Below, piece after piece: positions 13,444 to 30,285 of a stretch of DNA of 64,000 bases. Under the pieces are notes generated by a model. That model searched no databases. It was given only the letters and a program-made list of their open reading frames with translations, and was not told the origin of the DNA. The stretch is from Eledone cirrhosa (lineage: Eukaryota), in assembly GCA_964016885.1 (NCBI GenBank), contig CAXHJY010001663.1, forward strand, positions 60,906 through 124,905, in the 5' to 3' direction. Each line of letters begins with the position of its first letter. The first letter of the stretch is position 1. Position numbers and translations under genes: made by a program.

Positions 13444-13699
13444 TATATATATGTATATACATATACATGTATGTATATACATATACATGTATGTATATAC
13501 ATATACATGTATGTATATACATATACATATGATAGGCTTCTGCACAATTTCTGTGTACCAAATTTCACAAGCAACACATTGGTCAACCTGAGGCTATATT
13601 GGCCCAAGGTATCACACATTGGGAATGATGCTGAAACCATGTGGTCATTTAACAGCTTTACTGTATTGTAGATGTCATGAATGAAGTCATGTTATCACA

Positions 13700-13868
13700 T
13701 ATAACTCTATATACTTAAATACAGGTCATTCACCTGACAGGCTTAATATATAACATGGTGTTGCTGTATATTTACAAGACAATTGCTTCATTACTACTTC
13801 ACAATAATCTTTTCATTCTTTATTATAACAGACTAAAATAGCTAACCACAGTATCCACAAACTTGTCA
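13700..13868 (+). repeat. Unclassified dispersed repeat, near-identical copy at 48337-48511
   Basis: Shared ATACAGGTCATTCACCTGACAGGCTTAATATATAACATGGTGTTGCTG... block. Confidence 0.8.
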
Positions 13869-13891
13869 AACTGCACCTTCTCTCTCACGCA

Positions 13892-13940
<49 letters not shown>

Positions 13941-14399
13941 GTATATCTTTATATATATGTATATCTTTATATATATATATGTATATCTTTATATATATAT
14001 GTATATCTTTATATATATGTATATCTTTATATATATATATATGTATATCTTTATATATATGTATATCTTTATATATATACATGTATATCTTTATATATAT
14101 GTATATCTTTATATATATATATATGTATATCTTTATATATATGTATATCTTTATATATGTATATCTTTATATATATATATGTATATCTTTATATATATAT
14201 ATGTATATCTTTATATATATATATGTATATCTTTATATATATACATGTATATCTTTATATATATGTATATCTTTATATATATATATATATATATATTTTA
14301 CTCTTTTACTCTTTTACCTGTTTCAGCCATCTGGCTGAGGCCATGCTGGGGCACCGCCCTTGTTGCTACACATTTTATCTCCAGCCTGTATAGGTTGGC

Positions 14400-14885
14400 C
14401 ACTGGTGTAAGAGGGAGTTTGTTGCTGCTGCCCTTAGGTTTCCCTCGTGTCTTGCTGTGGGCTCATCCGGGATCCTGGATAACAAGGTGTCGAGATGTTT
14501 CTTAAAGACTTCCACCTCCACGTCAGCCTGTTGAAGAGTTGAGGGCCCTTGAATCCCAGGCTATTGCAATACCTGCTCCTTATTCTAGATGTGGAAGACG
14601 GGACCTTTGGCACCAAACTGACATCCTGTTCGACGGTTGCTCCAGCTCCCTATGCCAAAGTTTGGTGCTAGTCCCTCCAGGATTTTCCACATGTAGATCA
14701 CTGCGTATCTCTCCCGTCTTCGCTCCAAGGAGTAGAGGTTCAGTTCCTTTAGCCTCTCCCAGTAGCTTGTCTCCCTCATCTTGGCAATCCTCTTGGTGTA
14801 GCTTCGCTGGATTGCCTCAGGCTCCATGGTTAGTTTGACACTATGGGGTGACCACAACTGGGAGCAGTAGTCCAGGCGGCTTAGG
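14400..14885 (-). mobile_element. CR1-group LINE 3' fragment
   Basis: LSRLDYCSQLWSP...IQRSYT...SYWERLKELNLYSLERRRERY. Confidence 0.8.
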
Positions 14886-15350
14886 ACGTTTTTAGATTTT
14901 AATATAAAGAATATCTCCTCCACGCAGAGGTCACATGTCTCAGATGAGGAATTAAAAGCAATCCCTCTTGAGACTATATCCCAAAACAACGAATATCCAA
15001 CGTTATCATGTTTAAGTTGCCAGAGTAAGCCCGATAGCGATTTCTCTCTCCCATATCTCTCTCTATCTCTCTCTGTTTTTCTTTACATACATTTATTCCT
15101 TCTCTCCATCTTTCTTTTTAACTGTGCTTAACACTAAATATTTACAAACATCTCACTACCAAACCAACTTTTTTAAATGGAAGTTGAACAATATTTATGG
15201 TACGTCAAATTTATTTATAAAACTGCTTATATATTGTATTTTATCTGAAGAAGGCATGCCATATTTCTAATATGGTATCCCTGAAATATGTATAATGAAA
15301 TAAATATGGTTTTATAAATATAGTTTCCATTTGTTTAATATCGTATAATA
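14880..15350 (-). mobile_element. PLE GIY-YIG C-terminal fragment with inverted HHR-bearing pLTR
   Basis: Reverse strand LSGLLWQLK...FWDIV...CDLCVEEIFFIL; 15230-15350 is homologous to 11810-11920. Confidence 0.65.
15237..15302 (+). ncRNA. Type I minimal hammerhead ribozyme
   Basis: tattttat-CTGAAGA-aggcatgccatatt(tct)aatatggtatccct-GAAA-tatgta-TA-atgaaata; A-U to G-C covariation in stem II relative to the 11816 copy. Confidence 0.8.
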
Positions 15351-15359
15351 TATATATAT

Positions 15360-16884
15360 ATAGGCGTTGACGAATGGCTTGTGAGGGCTATACAAGCCAT
15401 GTATAAAGAAACAGTCAGCAAGGTTAGAATTAACAACGAATATAGTGAAGAGTTTAGCGTAAAAGTTGGCGTCCATCAGGGCTCTGTTCTCAGCCCCCTA
15501 CTATTTATTATTGCCCTTCAGGCTATAACAGAGGAGTTCAAGACAGGCTGCCCATGGGAACTCCTATACGCAGACGACCTGACACTCATAGCGGAATCAA
15601 TGGCCGAGCTAGAGAAGAAATTCCAAACATGGAAGCACGGCCTAGAGTCAAAAGGACTTAAAATTAACCTGGCTAAGACCAAAGTTCTAGTTTGTAGGAA
15701 AGAAAACAAGGCGGCGGTCCCTTCTGGGAAATGGTCGTGCTCGGTATGTAGGAAAGGCGTAGGTAGAAACTCCATCTTATGTCCTAAATGCAAAGTATGG
15801 GTGCATAAAAGATGTAGTGGGATCACAGGTAAGCTAACTAAGAACATAGACTTTACATGTGGCCGATGTTCTGGTGCAATAAGTAGCAGCAAGTGCCCAC
15901 AAAATACTAGCTCTTTCAATTGCGCAGAGGGTTCTATAGAAATAGTGGACAGCTTCCGTTACCTGGGCGATAAAATCAGCAGTGGGGGAGGGTGCTCTGA
16001 AAGTACTGTAGCTAGAGTCAGAACTGGTTGGAAAAAGTTCAGAGAGCTTATACCACTATTAGCTGCTAAAGGGTTCTCCCTAAAAATGAAAGGCAGGTTG
16101 TACGATGCCTGCATACGAACAGCAATGTTGCATGGTAGTGAGACCTGGGCATTGTGTGCAGAGGATATACGCAGACTAGAGAGGAACGAAGCTTGCATGC
16201 TCCGCTGGATGTGTAACAGTAATATACGTGAACGGCAAAGCATAAACGAACTAAGGAAAAAATTAGAGATAAGAGGGATCAGATGTTGTTTACTCGAGAG
16301 AAGGCTGCGTTGGTATGGACACGTGATGCGCATGAAAGTCGATAGCTGTATTACAAAGTGCAGGGCAATAAAGATAGACGGTAGCCACGGAATAGGCAGA
16401 CCTAGAAAAACATGGGATGAGCTGATAAACTCCAACCTCATACACTTACACCTCTCCAAGACAATGTCACTGGACCGTGACCTTTGGCGGTACTCAGTAA
16501 CAGAGAAGACCCGCCTTGCCAGTAGGCATCTCTAACAAACTACACCCCGTCCCGCCACCACCCCCACCCCATCCACACCACCCCGTTCCATGTAAAGTTA
16601 TGTTGGTGCCGCGCCATCCAGGCCGAAACAAACGAGATCGTGTAGGTGTCACGACAAAAAAACACACAGTCCACGCTGTAATGTGGCCGTGTAGGCAACA
16701 CGGTAAAAACCTCCCAGACCCACACTGTAAATGTGGTTGGTGTTAGGAAGGGCATCCAACTGTAGAAAACCTGCCAGACAGTCCTATGCGAGCAAGACAA
16801 TCACTCTTGCCTCAAGTGGGACTACCCCCGTCCAAACCCATGCAAGCGTGGAACACGGACGTTAAACGTTGATGATGATGATGA
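15360..16884 (+). mobile_element. RTE LINE family A, 5'-truncated, (GAT)n tail
   Basis: ORF 15381-16535 with [14 protein letters not shown] finger, YLG; 3' UTR and tail. Confidence 0.95.
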
Positions 16885-16925
16885 TATATATATATGGATA
16901 TATATATATATATATATATATATAT

Positions 16926-16995
<70 letters not shown>

Positions 16996-17004
16996 ATATA
17001 TATA

Positions 17005-17122
17005 TAAGTTGAAAAAAAATGAAAACGAAATTTCATTTCTCACTCTTAGTATGGCACTTACTTAAATGTAAGTATGTATGTATACGTACATACATATATG
17101 TATACAGACGTACAGTAGCATG

Positions 17123-17156
<34 letters not shown>

Positions 17157-17594
17157 TATACATATATACATACAGGTACACATACATACATGCACGCATC
17201 AGTTTAGCGGACGCTTATTATAACGCCGCTTTGTTCGTTTGTCAACAAACTGAACAGCCTGAATTTATGCCGCACGGTGTTAAGGCAACCACGTCACCTT
17301 TTTGTTCAACACTGACACATGAACGATGTACTAGTTTCAAGCTTGTTAGCTATCATCAGCACCGTTTACCCATCTGCCAGATAGTTGAACGTTCGAAAGT
17401 ATATACTTTCCTTATGAAAATTAACGGCTGAGCAGCCTAATTTGCATATTGAGTGAGTTAAATCGGTCAGGCATACCGGAAACGATAAGTTAAAAAAAAA
17501 ATGAAAACGAAATTTCATTTCTCACTCTTAGTATGGCACTTACTTAAATGTAAGTATGTATGTATACGTACATACATATATGTATACAGACGTA
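17005..17594 (-). mobile_element. Non-coding retrozyme-like element, ~482-nt unit with ~108-nt terminal direct repeat
   Basis: 17005-17112 is repeated at 17486-17594; internal HHR; flanked by (TA)n. Confidence 0.7.
17322..17366 (-). ncRNA. Type I minimal hammerhead ribozyme
   Basis: aacggtg-CTGATGA-tagct(aaca)agctt-GAAA-ctag-TA-catcgtt. Confidence 0.85.
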
Positions 17595-17639
17595 TATTAT
17601 ATATATATATATATAATATATATATATATCCATATATGG

Positions 17640-17673
<34 letters not shown>

Positions 17674-17704
17674 ATATAATATATATATATATATATATAT
17701 ATGG

Positions 17705-17737
<33 letters not shown>

Positions 17738-17740
17738 ATT

Positions 17741-18360
17741 GAAGGCTACGTTGGTATGGACACGTGATGCGCATGAAAGTCGACAGCTGTATAACAAAGT
17801 GCAGGGCAATAAAGATAGACGGTACTCACGGAATAGGCAGACCTAGAAAAACCTGGGACGAGCTGATAAACTCCGACATCACACACTTACACCTCTCCAA
17901 GACAATGTCACTGGACCGAGACCTTTGGCGGTACTCAGTAACAGAGAAGACCCGCCTTACCTAAATATATAGTAAAACCTACTCCAGCCAGTAGGCATCT
18001 CTAACAAAATACACCCCGTCCCACCACCACCACCACCCCCACCCCATCCACACCACCCCGTTCTATGTAAAGTTATGTTGGTGCCGCGCCATCGAGGCCG
18101 AAACAAATGAGATCGTGTAGGTGTCACGACAAAAAAACACACAGTCCACGCTGTAATGTGGCCGTGTAGGCAACACGGTAAAAACCTCCCAGACCCACAC
18201 TGTAAATGTGGTTGGTGTTAGGAAGGGCATCCAACTGTAGAAAACCTGCCAGACAGTCCTATGCGAGCAAGACAATCACTCTTGCCTCAAGTGGGACTAC
18301 CCCCGTCCAAACCCATGCAAGCGTGGAACACGGACGTTAAACGTTGATGATGATGATGAT
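17741..18360 (+). mobile_element. RTE LINE family A 3' fragment
   Basis: [11 protein letters not shown]...KTRLT*, 3' UTR and (GAT)n tail. Confidence 0.93.
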
Positions 18361-18443
18361 ATATATATTATATATATATATTATATATATATATATTATA
18401 TATATATATTATATATATATATTATATATATATACATATATGG

Positions 18444-18475
<32 letters not shown>

Positions 18476-18731
18476 TATATATACATATATGGATATATAT
18501 ATATAATATATTTCGTTTCTGAATTTGTTTAGCAAGATTCTTTATCTGAAATCGTGTGTTGAAACCGATATTGTTATACTTTGGGAGGGTCATGTTGCCA
18601 ATAAGAAACACACGCACCAGTTGCTTTCACCTCTCCTTTGTTCTGTCCTACGCCATTTTGTTTCACACACAGAAACAAAATGGCGTAGGACAGAACAAAG
18701 GAGAGGCACAGAAACAAAGAAAGGAATCCCC

Positions 18732-18776
18732 AGTCACTGAAGATGTCACAGAGTGTGTGACGAAAGAACTATGACT
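18732..18776 (+). ncRNA. Type I minimal hammerhead ribozyme inside inverted-repeat element 18510-18926
   Basis: agtca-CTGAAGA-tgtcaca(gagtg)tgtgac-GAAA-gaac-TA-tgact. Confidence 0.7.
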
Positions 18777-19080
18777 ATATATAAACAACTATCTGGTTGT
18801 GGAACCAACCAACCAACCAGAAATTTATAAATTTGTAAATTTATAAATATATAATAAATTGAAGTGAAAACAACTGGTGCGTGTGTTTCTTATTGGCAAC
18901 ATGACCCTCCCAAAGTATAACAATATATATAATATATATATACATATATGGATATATATATATAATATATATATACATATATGGATATATATATACATAT
19001 ATGGATATATATATATAAATACATATATGGATATATATATATAATATATAAGATCAAAAGATGGTTAAAAGAGTTCCATG

Positions 19081-19151
19081 TATTTTATTATGCGCATTTC
19101 AAAAACAAATATCATCATGCAATAATATTTGTGTTCTCATCAGATAAAATA
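19081..19151 (-). ncRNA. Type I minimal hammerhead ribozyme
   Basis: tattttat-CTGATGA-gaacacaaatat...atatttgttttt-GAAA-tgcgca-TA-ataaaata; 8-bp stem I, palindromic stem III ATGCGCAT. Confidence 0.85.
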
Positions 19152-19504
19152 GGAAGACATGATATGAAGGTTAAAAAACAGTTGTGAATAGTGCAGTTTT
19201 AAATCAACATATGAAAAGTAGTTTTAGATTGATGTGTGATATTGGGGGGAAAAATTTTTGAGGGGGGGGGGGGTGAAAAAGAGGATGAGATGAGAGTAAA
19301 AAGTAGAGGGGAGGAGTATAATGAGGAAGGATGAGATAGGAGGAGAGATGGGTGATAGAGAGAGAGAGATAGCTTTTATAACTGTGAAAAATATATTGTT
19401 TTACATAGAGAGGTTGAAAAACCGTTGGAAGATAATGTATAAATTTAAAGAATTTGAAAATTAACGAAGAGAAAAATAATGTATATATATATGTATGTAT
19501 ATAT

Positions 19505-20120
19505 ATACAGTCACCAAAACTATGTCGTCGGCAAATTCAGCATCCGATACCTTTTTCGCCCCAACTCTCCTGCTCTGAGCCGGTGCTACAGTAAAGCCAG
19601 AGTCCTGGTGTTTCTCCAGTGCAAGGCGCATACAATAGTCCACTACGATGATAAAAAGGTAGGGAGCCAATGTATCTCCCTGGAGCACTCCAGCCAGTAT
19701 CTCAAAGAACTCTGTCATCCCATCAGGTGTAATGACTTTGGCTTTGGTGTTGGTGTAGAGCAGTGATATCAGGTCCACTATCCTCTTGGGGATTCCATAA
19801 GCCTGTAAGATCTTCATCAGGCAGTAACGGTCCACAGAATCAAAGGCCTTCCTAAAGTCAATGAAAACCATGACCGCAGGAAGGCACTTTGCTCTAGCTC
19901 CCTCTAATATCCTCCTCAGCATCAGGATGTGACTGGTGGTTGGGAGCCCCTACATGGACACACTAGAAGAGGAAGACCAAGGTTAACATATGTTGATGCC
20001 CTAAGGACAGACACTGGTCTGTTGGAGATGCAGGATATGGCAGCGATAATGAGGGACAGAGACCGCTGGAGAGAACTCGTCCATGGATCTCGGGAATTTT
20101 ACCCGCCTTAGATAGATATA
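19505..20120. mobile_element. Fourth RTE-like LINE family with 5' inversion
   Basis: RT (FIDFRKAFDSV, GVLQGDTLAPYLF, FADD) on - at 19505-19922, abutting the C-terminus (RRGRPRLTY...DRDRWR) and a TAGA tail on +. Confidence 0.8.
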
Positions 20121-20124
20121 TACA

Positions 20125-20161
<37 letters not shown>

Positions 20162-20347
20162 TGTATATGTATCTATATATATATATATATATGTACACAT
20201 ATATGTATATATATATATGTATGTATATATTTATATGTATATGTATGTATGTATATATATATGTATATATATGTATGTATATATATATATGTATGTATGT
20301 ATATATATATATGTATATATATACATATATATATATATGTAAGTATG

Positions 20348-20388
<41 letters not shown>

Positions 20389-20647
20389 GTATGTATGTAT
20401 ATATATATATATACATATATGTATATATATGTATGTATGTATATATATATATATACATATATGTATATATATGTATGTATGTATATATATATATATACAT
20501 ATATGTATATATATGTATGTATGTATATATATATATATACATATATGTATATATATGTATGTATGTATATATATATATATACATATATGTATGTATGTAT
20601 ATATATATATATATATACATATATGTATGTATATATATATATGTATG

Positions 20648-20687
<40 letters not shown>

Positions 20688-20689
20688 TG

Positions 20690-20735
<46 letters not shown>

Positions 20736-20737
20736 TG

Positions 20738-20797
<60 letters not shown>

Positions 20798-20799
20798 TG

Positions 20800-20841
<42 letters not shown>

Positions 20842-20847
20842 TGTATG

Positions 20848-20879
<32 letters not shown>

Positions 20880-20959
20880 TGTATGTATATATATATATAT
20901 ATATATATACATATATACATATATGTATGTATATATATATATATATATATACATATATG

Positions 20960-20999
<40 letters not shown>

Positions 21000-21001
21000 T
21001 G

Positions 21002-21039
<38 letters not shown>

Positions 21040-21109
21040 TGTATATATATATATATACATATATGTATGTATATATATGTATATATATATATATATACAT
21101 ATATGTATG

Positions 21110-21141
<32 letters not shown>

Positions 21142-21177
21142 TGTATGTATATATATATATATATATATACATATATG

Positions 21178-21219
<42 letters not shown>

Positions 21220-21304
21220 TGTATGTATATATGCATGTATATACATATATGTATATATATATATATTATATACATATATGTATATATATATATATACATA
21301 TATG

Positions 21305-21348
<44 letters not shown>

Positions 21349-21420
21349 TGTATATATATATATATATATATATACATATATGTATGTATATATATATATA
21401 TATATATACATATATGTATG

Positions 21421-21452
<32 letters not shown>

Positions 21453-21470
21453 TGTATGTATATATATACA

Positions 21471-21520
<50 letters not shown>

Positions 21521-21665
21521 ACATATATGTATATATATATATATATATACATATATGTATATATATATATATATATACATATATGTATATATATATATAT
21601 ATATACATATATGTATATATATATATATACATATATGTATATATATATATATATATACATATATG

Positions 21666-21715
<50 letters not shown>

Positions 21716-21769
21716 TGTATATATATATATATACATATATGTATATATATATATATATATACATATATG

Positions 21770-21805
<36 letters not shown>

Positions 21806-21823
21806 TATATGTATATATATACA

Positions 21824-21881
<58 letters not shown>

Positions 21882-21909
21882 TGTATATATATATATATAT
21901 ATATATACA

Positions 21910-21947
<38 letters not shown>

Positions 21948-21955
21948 TGTATATA

Positions 21956-22025
<70 letters not shown>

Positions 22026-22052
22026 AATGTATATATATATATATATATATAT
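20121..22052. repeat. ~1.9 kb (TA)n-derived array with ACATATATGT units
   Basis: Direct reading. Confidence 0.95.
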
Positions 22053-22189
22053 ACGTTATTCCGGGTTGAATCGGAGGTAACCACAGTAAGTAAGGTACTC
22101 AATACATAGCAGAGTATAACAGTTTTAATATAGATGAGATTCTACAGGACTAGAACTGTTTCATTCATTAGAAATCATCAGGAATCAGA

Positions 22190-22238
22190 GATTCCTGATG
22201 ATTTCTAATGAATGAAACAGTTCTAGTCCTGTAGAATC
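22190..22238 (+). ncRNA. Type I hammerhead ribozyme candidate (mirror at 22138-22186; another copy on - at ~29167-29215)
   Basis: gattc-CTGATGA-tttc(taat)gaat-GAAA-cag(ttctagtc)ctg-TA-gaatc; U-U mismatch at the base of stem II. Confidence 0.65.
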
Positions 22239-22265
22239 TCATCTATATATATATATATATATACA

Positions 22266-26562
<4,297 letters not shown>

Positions 26563-26888
26563 AGCTAAGAGAGAGGGGAAGGGGAAGAGAGAGAGAGGGG
26601 AAAGGGAAGAGAGAGGGAGGGGAAGGGGGAGAGAGATTGTGGCTGACCGCAGCCCCTCGTTGAGTAGCTGGAGGGTGAGAGCGTAGAGCGGATTTTTTGA
26701 CTTTCAAGTAGCATAATATATATATTTAAAGTAATTTATAAGAAGTAGAATGGGAAGGACTTTGTTTTTTGTTTGAGAATACGATAGAGTTAAGGAATTG
26801 GACGATACGATAGAATTAAGAATGGGAAGGATTTTGTTTTTTGTTTGGGGATACGATAGAATTAAGGAATTTAAGGAATTGGAGAATA

Positions 26889-26974
<86 letters not shown>

Positions 26975-27065
26975 ATATATATACATGTATATATATATAC
27001 ATGTATATATATATACATGTATATATATATACATGTATATATATATACATGTATATATATATACA

Positions 27066-27097
<32 letters not shown>

Positions 27098-27233
27098 CAT
27101 GTATATATATATATACATGTATATATACATGTATATATATATACATGTATATATACATGTATATATATATACATGTATATATACATGTATATATATATAT
27201 ACATGTATATATACATGTATATATATATATACA

Positions 27234-27270
<37 letters not shown>

Positions 27271-27784
27271 ATATATATATATATATACATGTATATCTTT
27301 ATATATATATATACATGTATATCTTTATATATATATATACATGTATATCTTTATATATATATATACATGTATATCTTTATATATATATATACATGTATAT
27401 ATACATGTATATATATATATACATGCATATATATATATATATGTGTATATATATATATATACATGTATATCTTTATATATATATATACATGTATATCTTT
27501 ATATATATATATACATGTATATCTTTATATATATATATACATGTATATATAAAGATATACATGTATATATATATATATAGAAAAACCACAGACCCTCCAT
27601 CTCAACTCACCTTTTGGAGAGCAGAAGAACTGCGAAACCGGTAAAGGAACCAAATAAATATATATATTTTAAAAAAAAATAAGACTTCAGTTGCATTTTC
27701 GATTTCATCCCTTTTTCTTTATACTTCCACTCGTGTAGGACACCTCGGTTATTTTTCATTTTGTAAAAAAAAAAAAAACCTCAC

Positions 27785-27848
<64 letters not shown>

Positions 27849-28533
27849 ATATATATAGACATGTATCTCTTTATATATATATATACATGTATATCTTTAT
27901 ATATATATATATATAGACATGTATATCTTTATATATACATGTATATCTTTATATATACATGTATATCTTTATATATATATATAGACATGTATATCTTTAT
28001 ATATATATATATACATGTATATCTTTATATATATATATACATGTATATCTTTATATATATATACATGTATATCTTTATATATATATATACATGTATATCT
28101 TTATATATATATATATACATGTATATCTTTATATATATATATACATGTATATCTTTATATGTATATACATGTATATCTTTATATATATATATACATGTAT
28201 ATCTTTATATGTATATACATGTATATCTTTGCAAGCTCCAAACCCATGCAAGCATGGAACACGGACGTTAAACGTTGATGATGATGATGATGATGATGAT
28301 ATACATGTATATCTTTATATATATATATACATGTATATCTTTATATATATATAGACATCTATATCTTTATATATATATATATACATGTATATCTTTATAT
28401 ATTTATACATGTATATCTTTATATATATATATACATGTATATCTTTATATATATATATACATGTATATCTTTATATATATATATACATGTATATCTTTAT
28501 ATATATATACATGTATATCTTTATATATATATA

Positions 28534-28880
28534 TCATCATTTCATTTCATCATTTCATTTTACGTCCGCTTTTTCCCTGCTTGCAAGGGTGGGACGGGAA
28601 CTGATTCTGGCTTGATTTCTACAGCTGGATGCCCTTCCTAACACCAACCTCATTTACAGTGAGTGCTGGGTGCTTTTTTGCCGTGGCACCTCCACGACCA
28701 CTTTGCAGTGGAATGATAGGGACCCCAGTCCCTAACATCTCATTTCTACAGCTGAGTAAACTGGAGCAATGTGAAATAATGTGTCTTGCTCAAGGAAACA
28801 ACACATCACCCGGTCTGAGAATTGAACTCACAACCTTTCGATTGCAAGGCCAATGCTCTAACCACTAAGCCATGTGCCTC
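28534..28880 (-). mobile_element. tRNA-derived CORE-SINE with RTE-derived 3' tail
   Basis: A box TGGCTTAGTGG, B box GAGTTCAATTC, CORE-like CCTTGAGCAAG...CAGTTTACTCAGCTGTAGAAATG, RTE tail. Confidence 0.85.
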
Positions 28881-28901
28881 CATATATACATGTATATATT
28901 T

Positions 28902-28933
<32 letters not shown>

Positions 28934-29403
28934 ATCTTTATATGTATATACTTGTATATCTTTATATATATATATATATATACATGTATATCTTTATATA
29001 TATATAGACATGTATATCTTTATATATATATATATACATGTATATCTTTATATATATATAGATATCTATATCTTTATATATATATAGACATCTATATCTT
29101 TATATATATATATAGACATGTATATCTTTATATATATATATATATATAGTTTTAATATAGATGAGATTCTACAGGACTAGAACTGTTTCATTCATTAGAA
29201 ATCATCAGGAATCATCAGGAAAACTGTTATACTCTGCTATGTATTGAGTACCTTACTTACTGTGGTTACCTCCGATTCAACCCGGAATAACGTATATATA
29301 TATATATATATAGACATGTATATCTTTATATATATATAGACATGTATATCTTTATATATATACATGTATATCTTTATATATATATATAGACATGTATATC
29401 TTT

Positions 29404-29810
29404 ATCATCATCATCATCATCACCGTTTTACGTCCGTTCTTCCACGCTAGCATGGGTTAGACGGGTTGTCCTGTTGTGGGCAGTGTCTGGTCGGCTGACC
29501 ATGCCTTGCTCATACAGGAACTGATCTGGCTTGATTTCTACAGCTGGATGCCCTTCCTAACACCAACCTCATTTACAGTGAGTGCTGGGTGCTTTTTCGT
29601 GGCGCCTACACGTCCACTTTACAGTGTGGGCTGGGTGCTTTTTTGCCGTGGCACCTCCACGACCACCTTGCGGTGGGGGGGGGGGGCATATTGTTTATAT
29701 GCTTCAGCATGTACCCATGGGAGGTCGGGTACCCTGTATTACTGCGTGACGCCAGAAGTCACGGTCGTGTGTCATTGACTTTGAGAGGTGTAGTTGGGTA
29801 AGGTCGGCTT
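29404..29810 (-). mobile_element. RTE LINE family C 3' fragment
   Basis: Apparently identical to the reverse complement of 61678-62085. Confidence 0.93.
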
Positions 29811-30285
29811 TTATATATATATAAAGATATACATGTATATCTTTATATATATATATAGACATGTATATCTTTACATATATATATACATGTATATCTTTAT
29901 ATATATATATAGACATGTATATCTTTATATATATATATACATGTATATCTTTAGATATATATATATACATGTATATCTTTATATATATATATACATGTAT
30001 ATCTTTATATATATATATATACATGTATATCTTTATATATATACATGTATATCTTTATATATATATATACATGTATATCTTTATATATATATATACATGT
30101 ATATCTTTATATATATATATATACATGTATATCTTTATATATATATATATATATACATGTATATCTTTATATATATATATATATATACATGTATATCTTT
30201 ATATATATATACATGTATATCTTTATATATATATACATGTATATCTTTATATATATATATACATGTATATCTTTATATATACATG

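Noticed and set aside
20001-22109. Long YI/IY-rich ORFs of up to 647 aa here and at 26-35, 49-52 and 56-58 kb
   Set aside because: Translation of stop-free (TA)n microsatellites, not genes
27610-27647. HHR-like cctt-TTGGAGA-gcag..ctgc-GAAACCGGTA-aagg; similar cases at 52569-52615 (TCGAAGA) and 11568-11622 (CTAAAGA/AAAA)
   Set aside because: The architecture fits but core nucleotides are mutated; counted only as degenerate relics, not functional ribozymes
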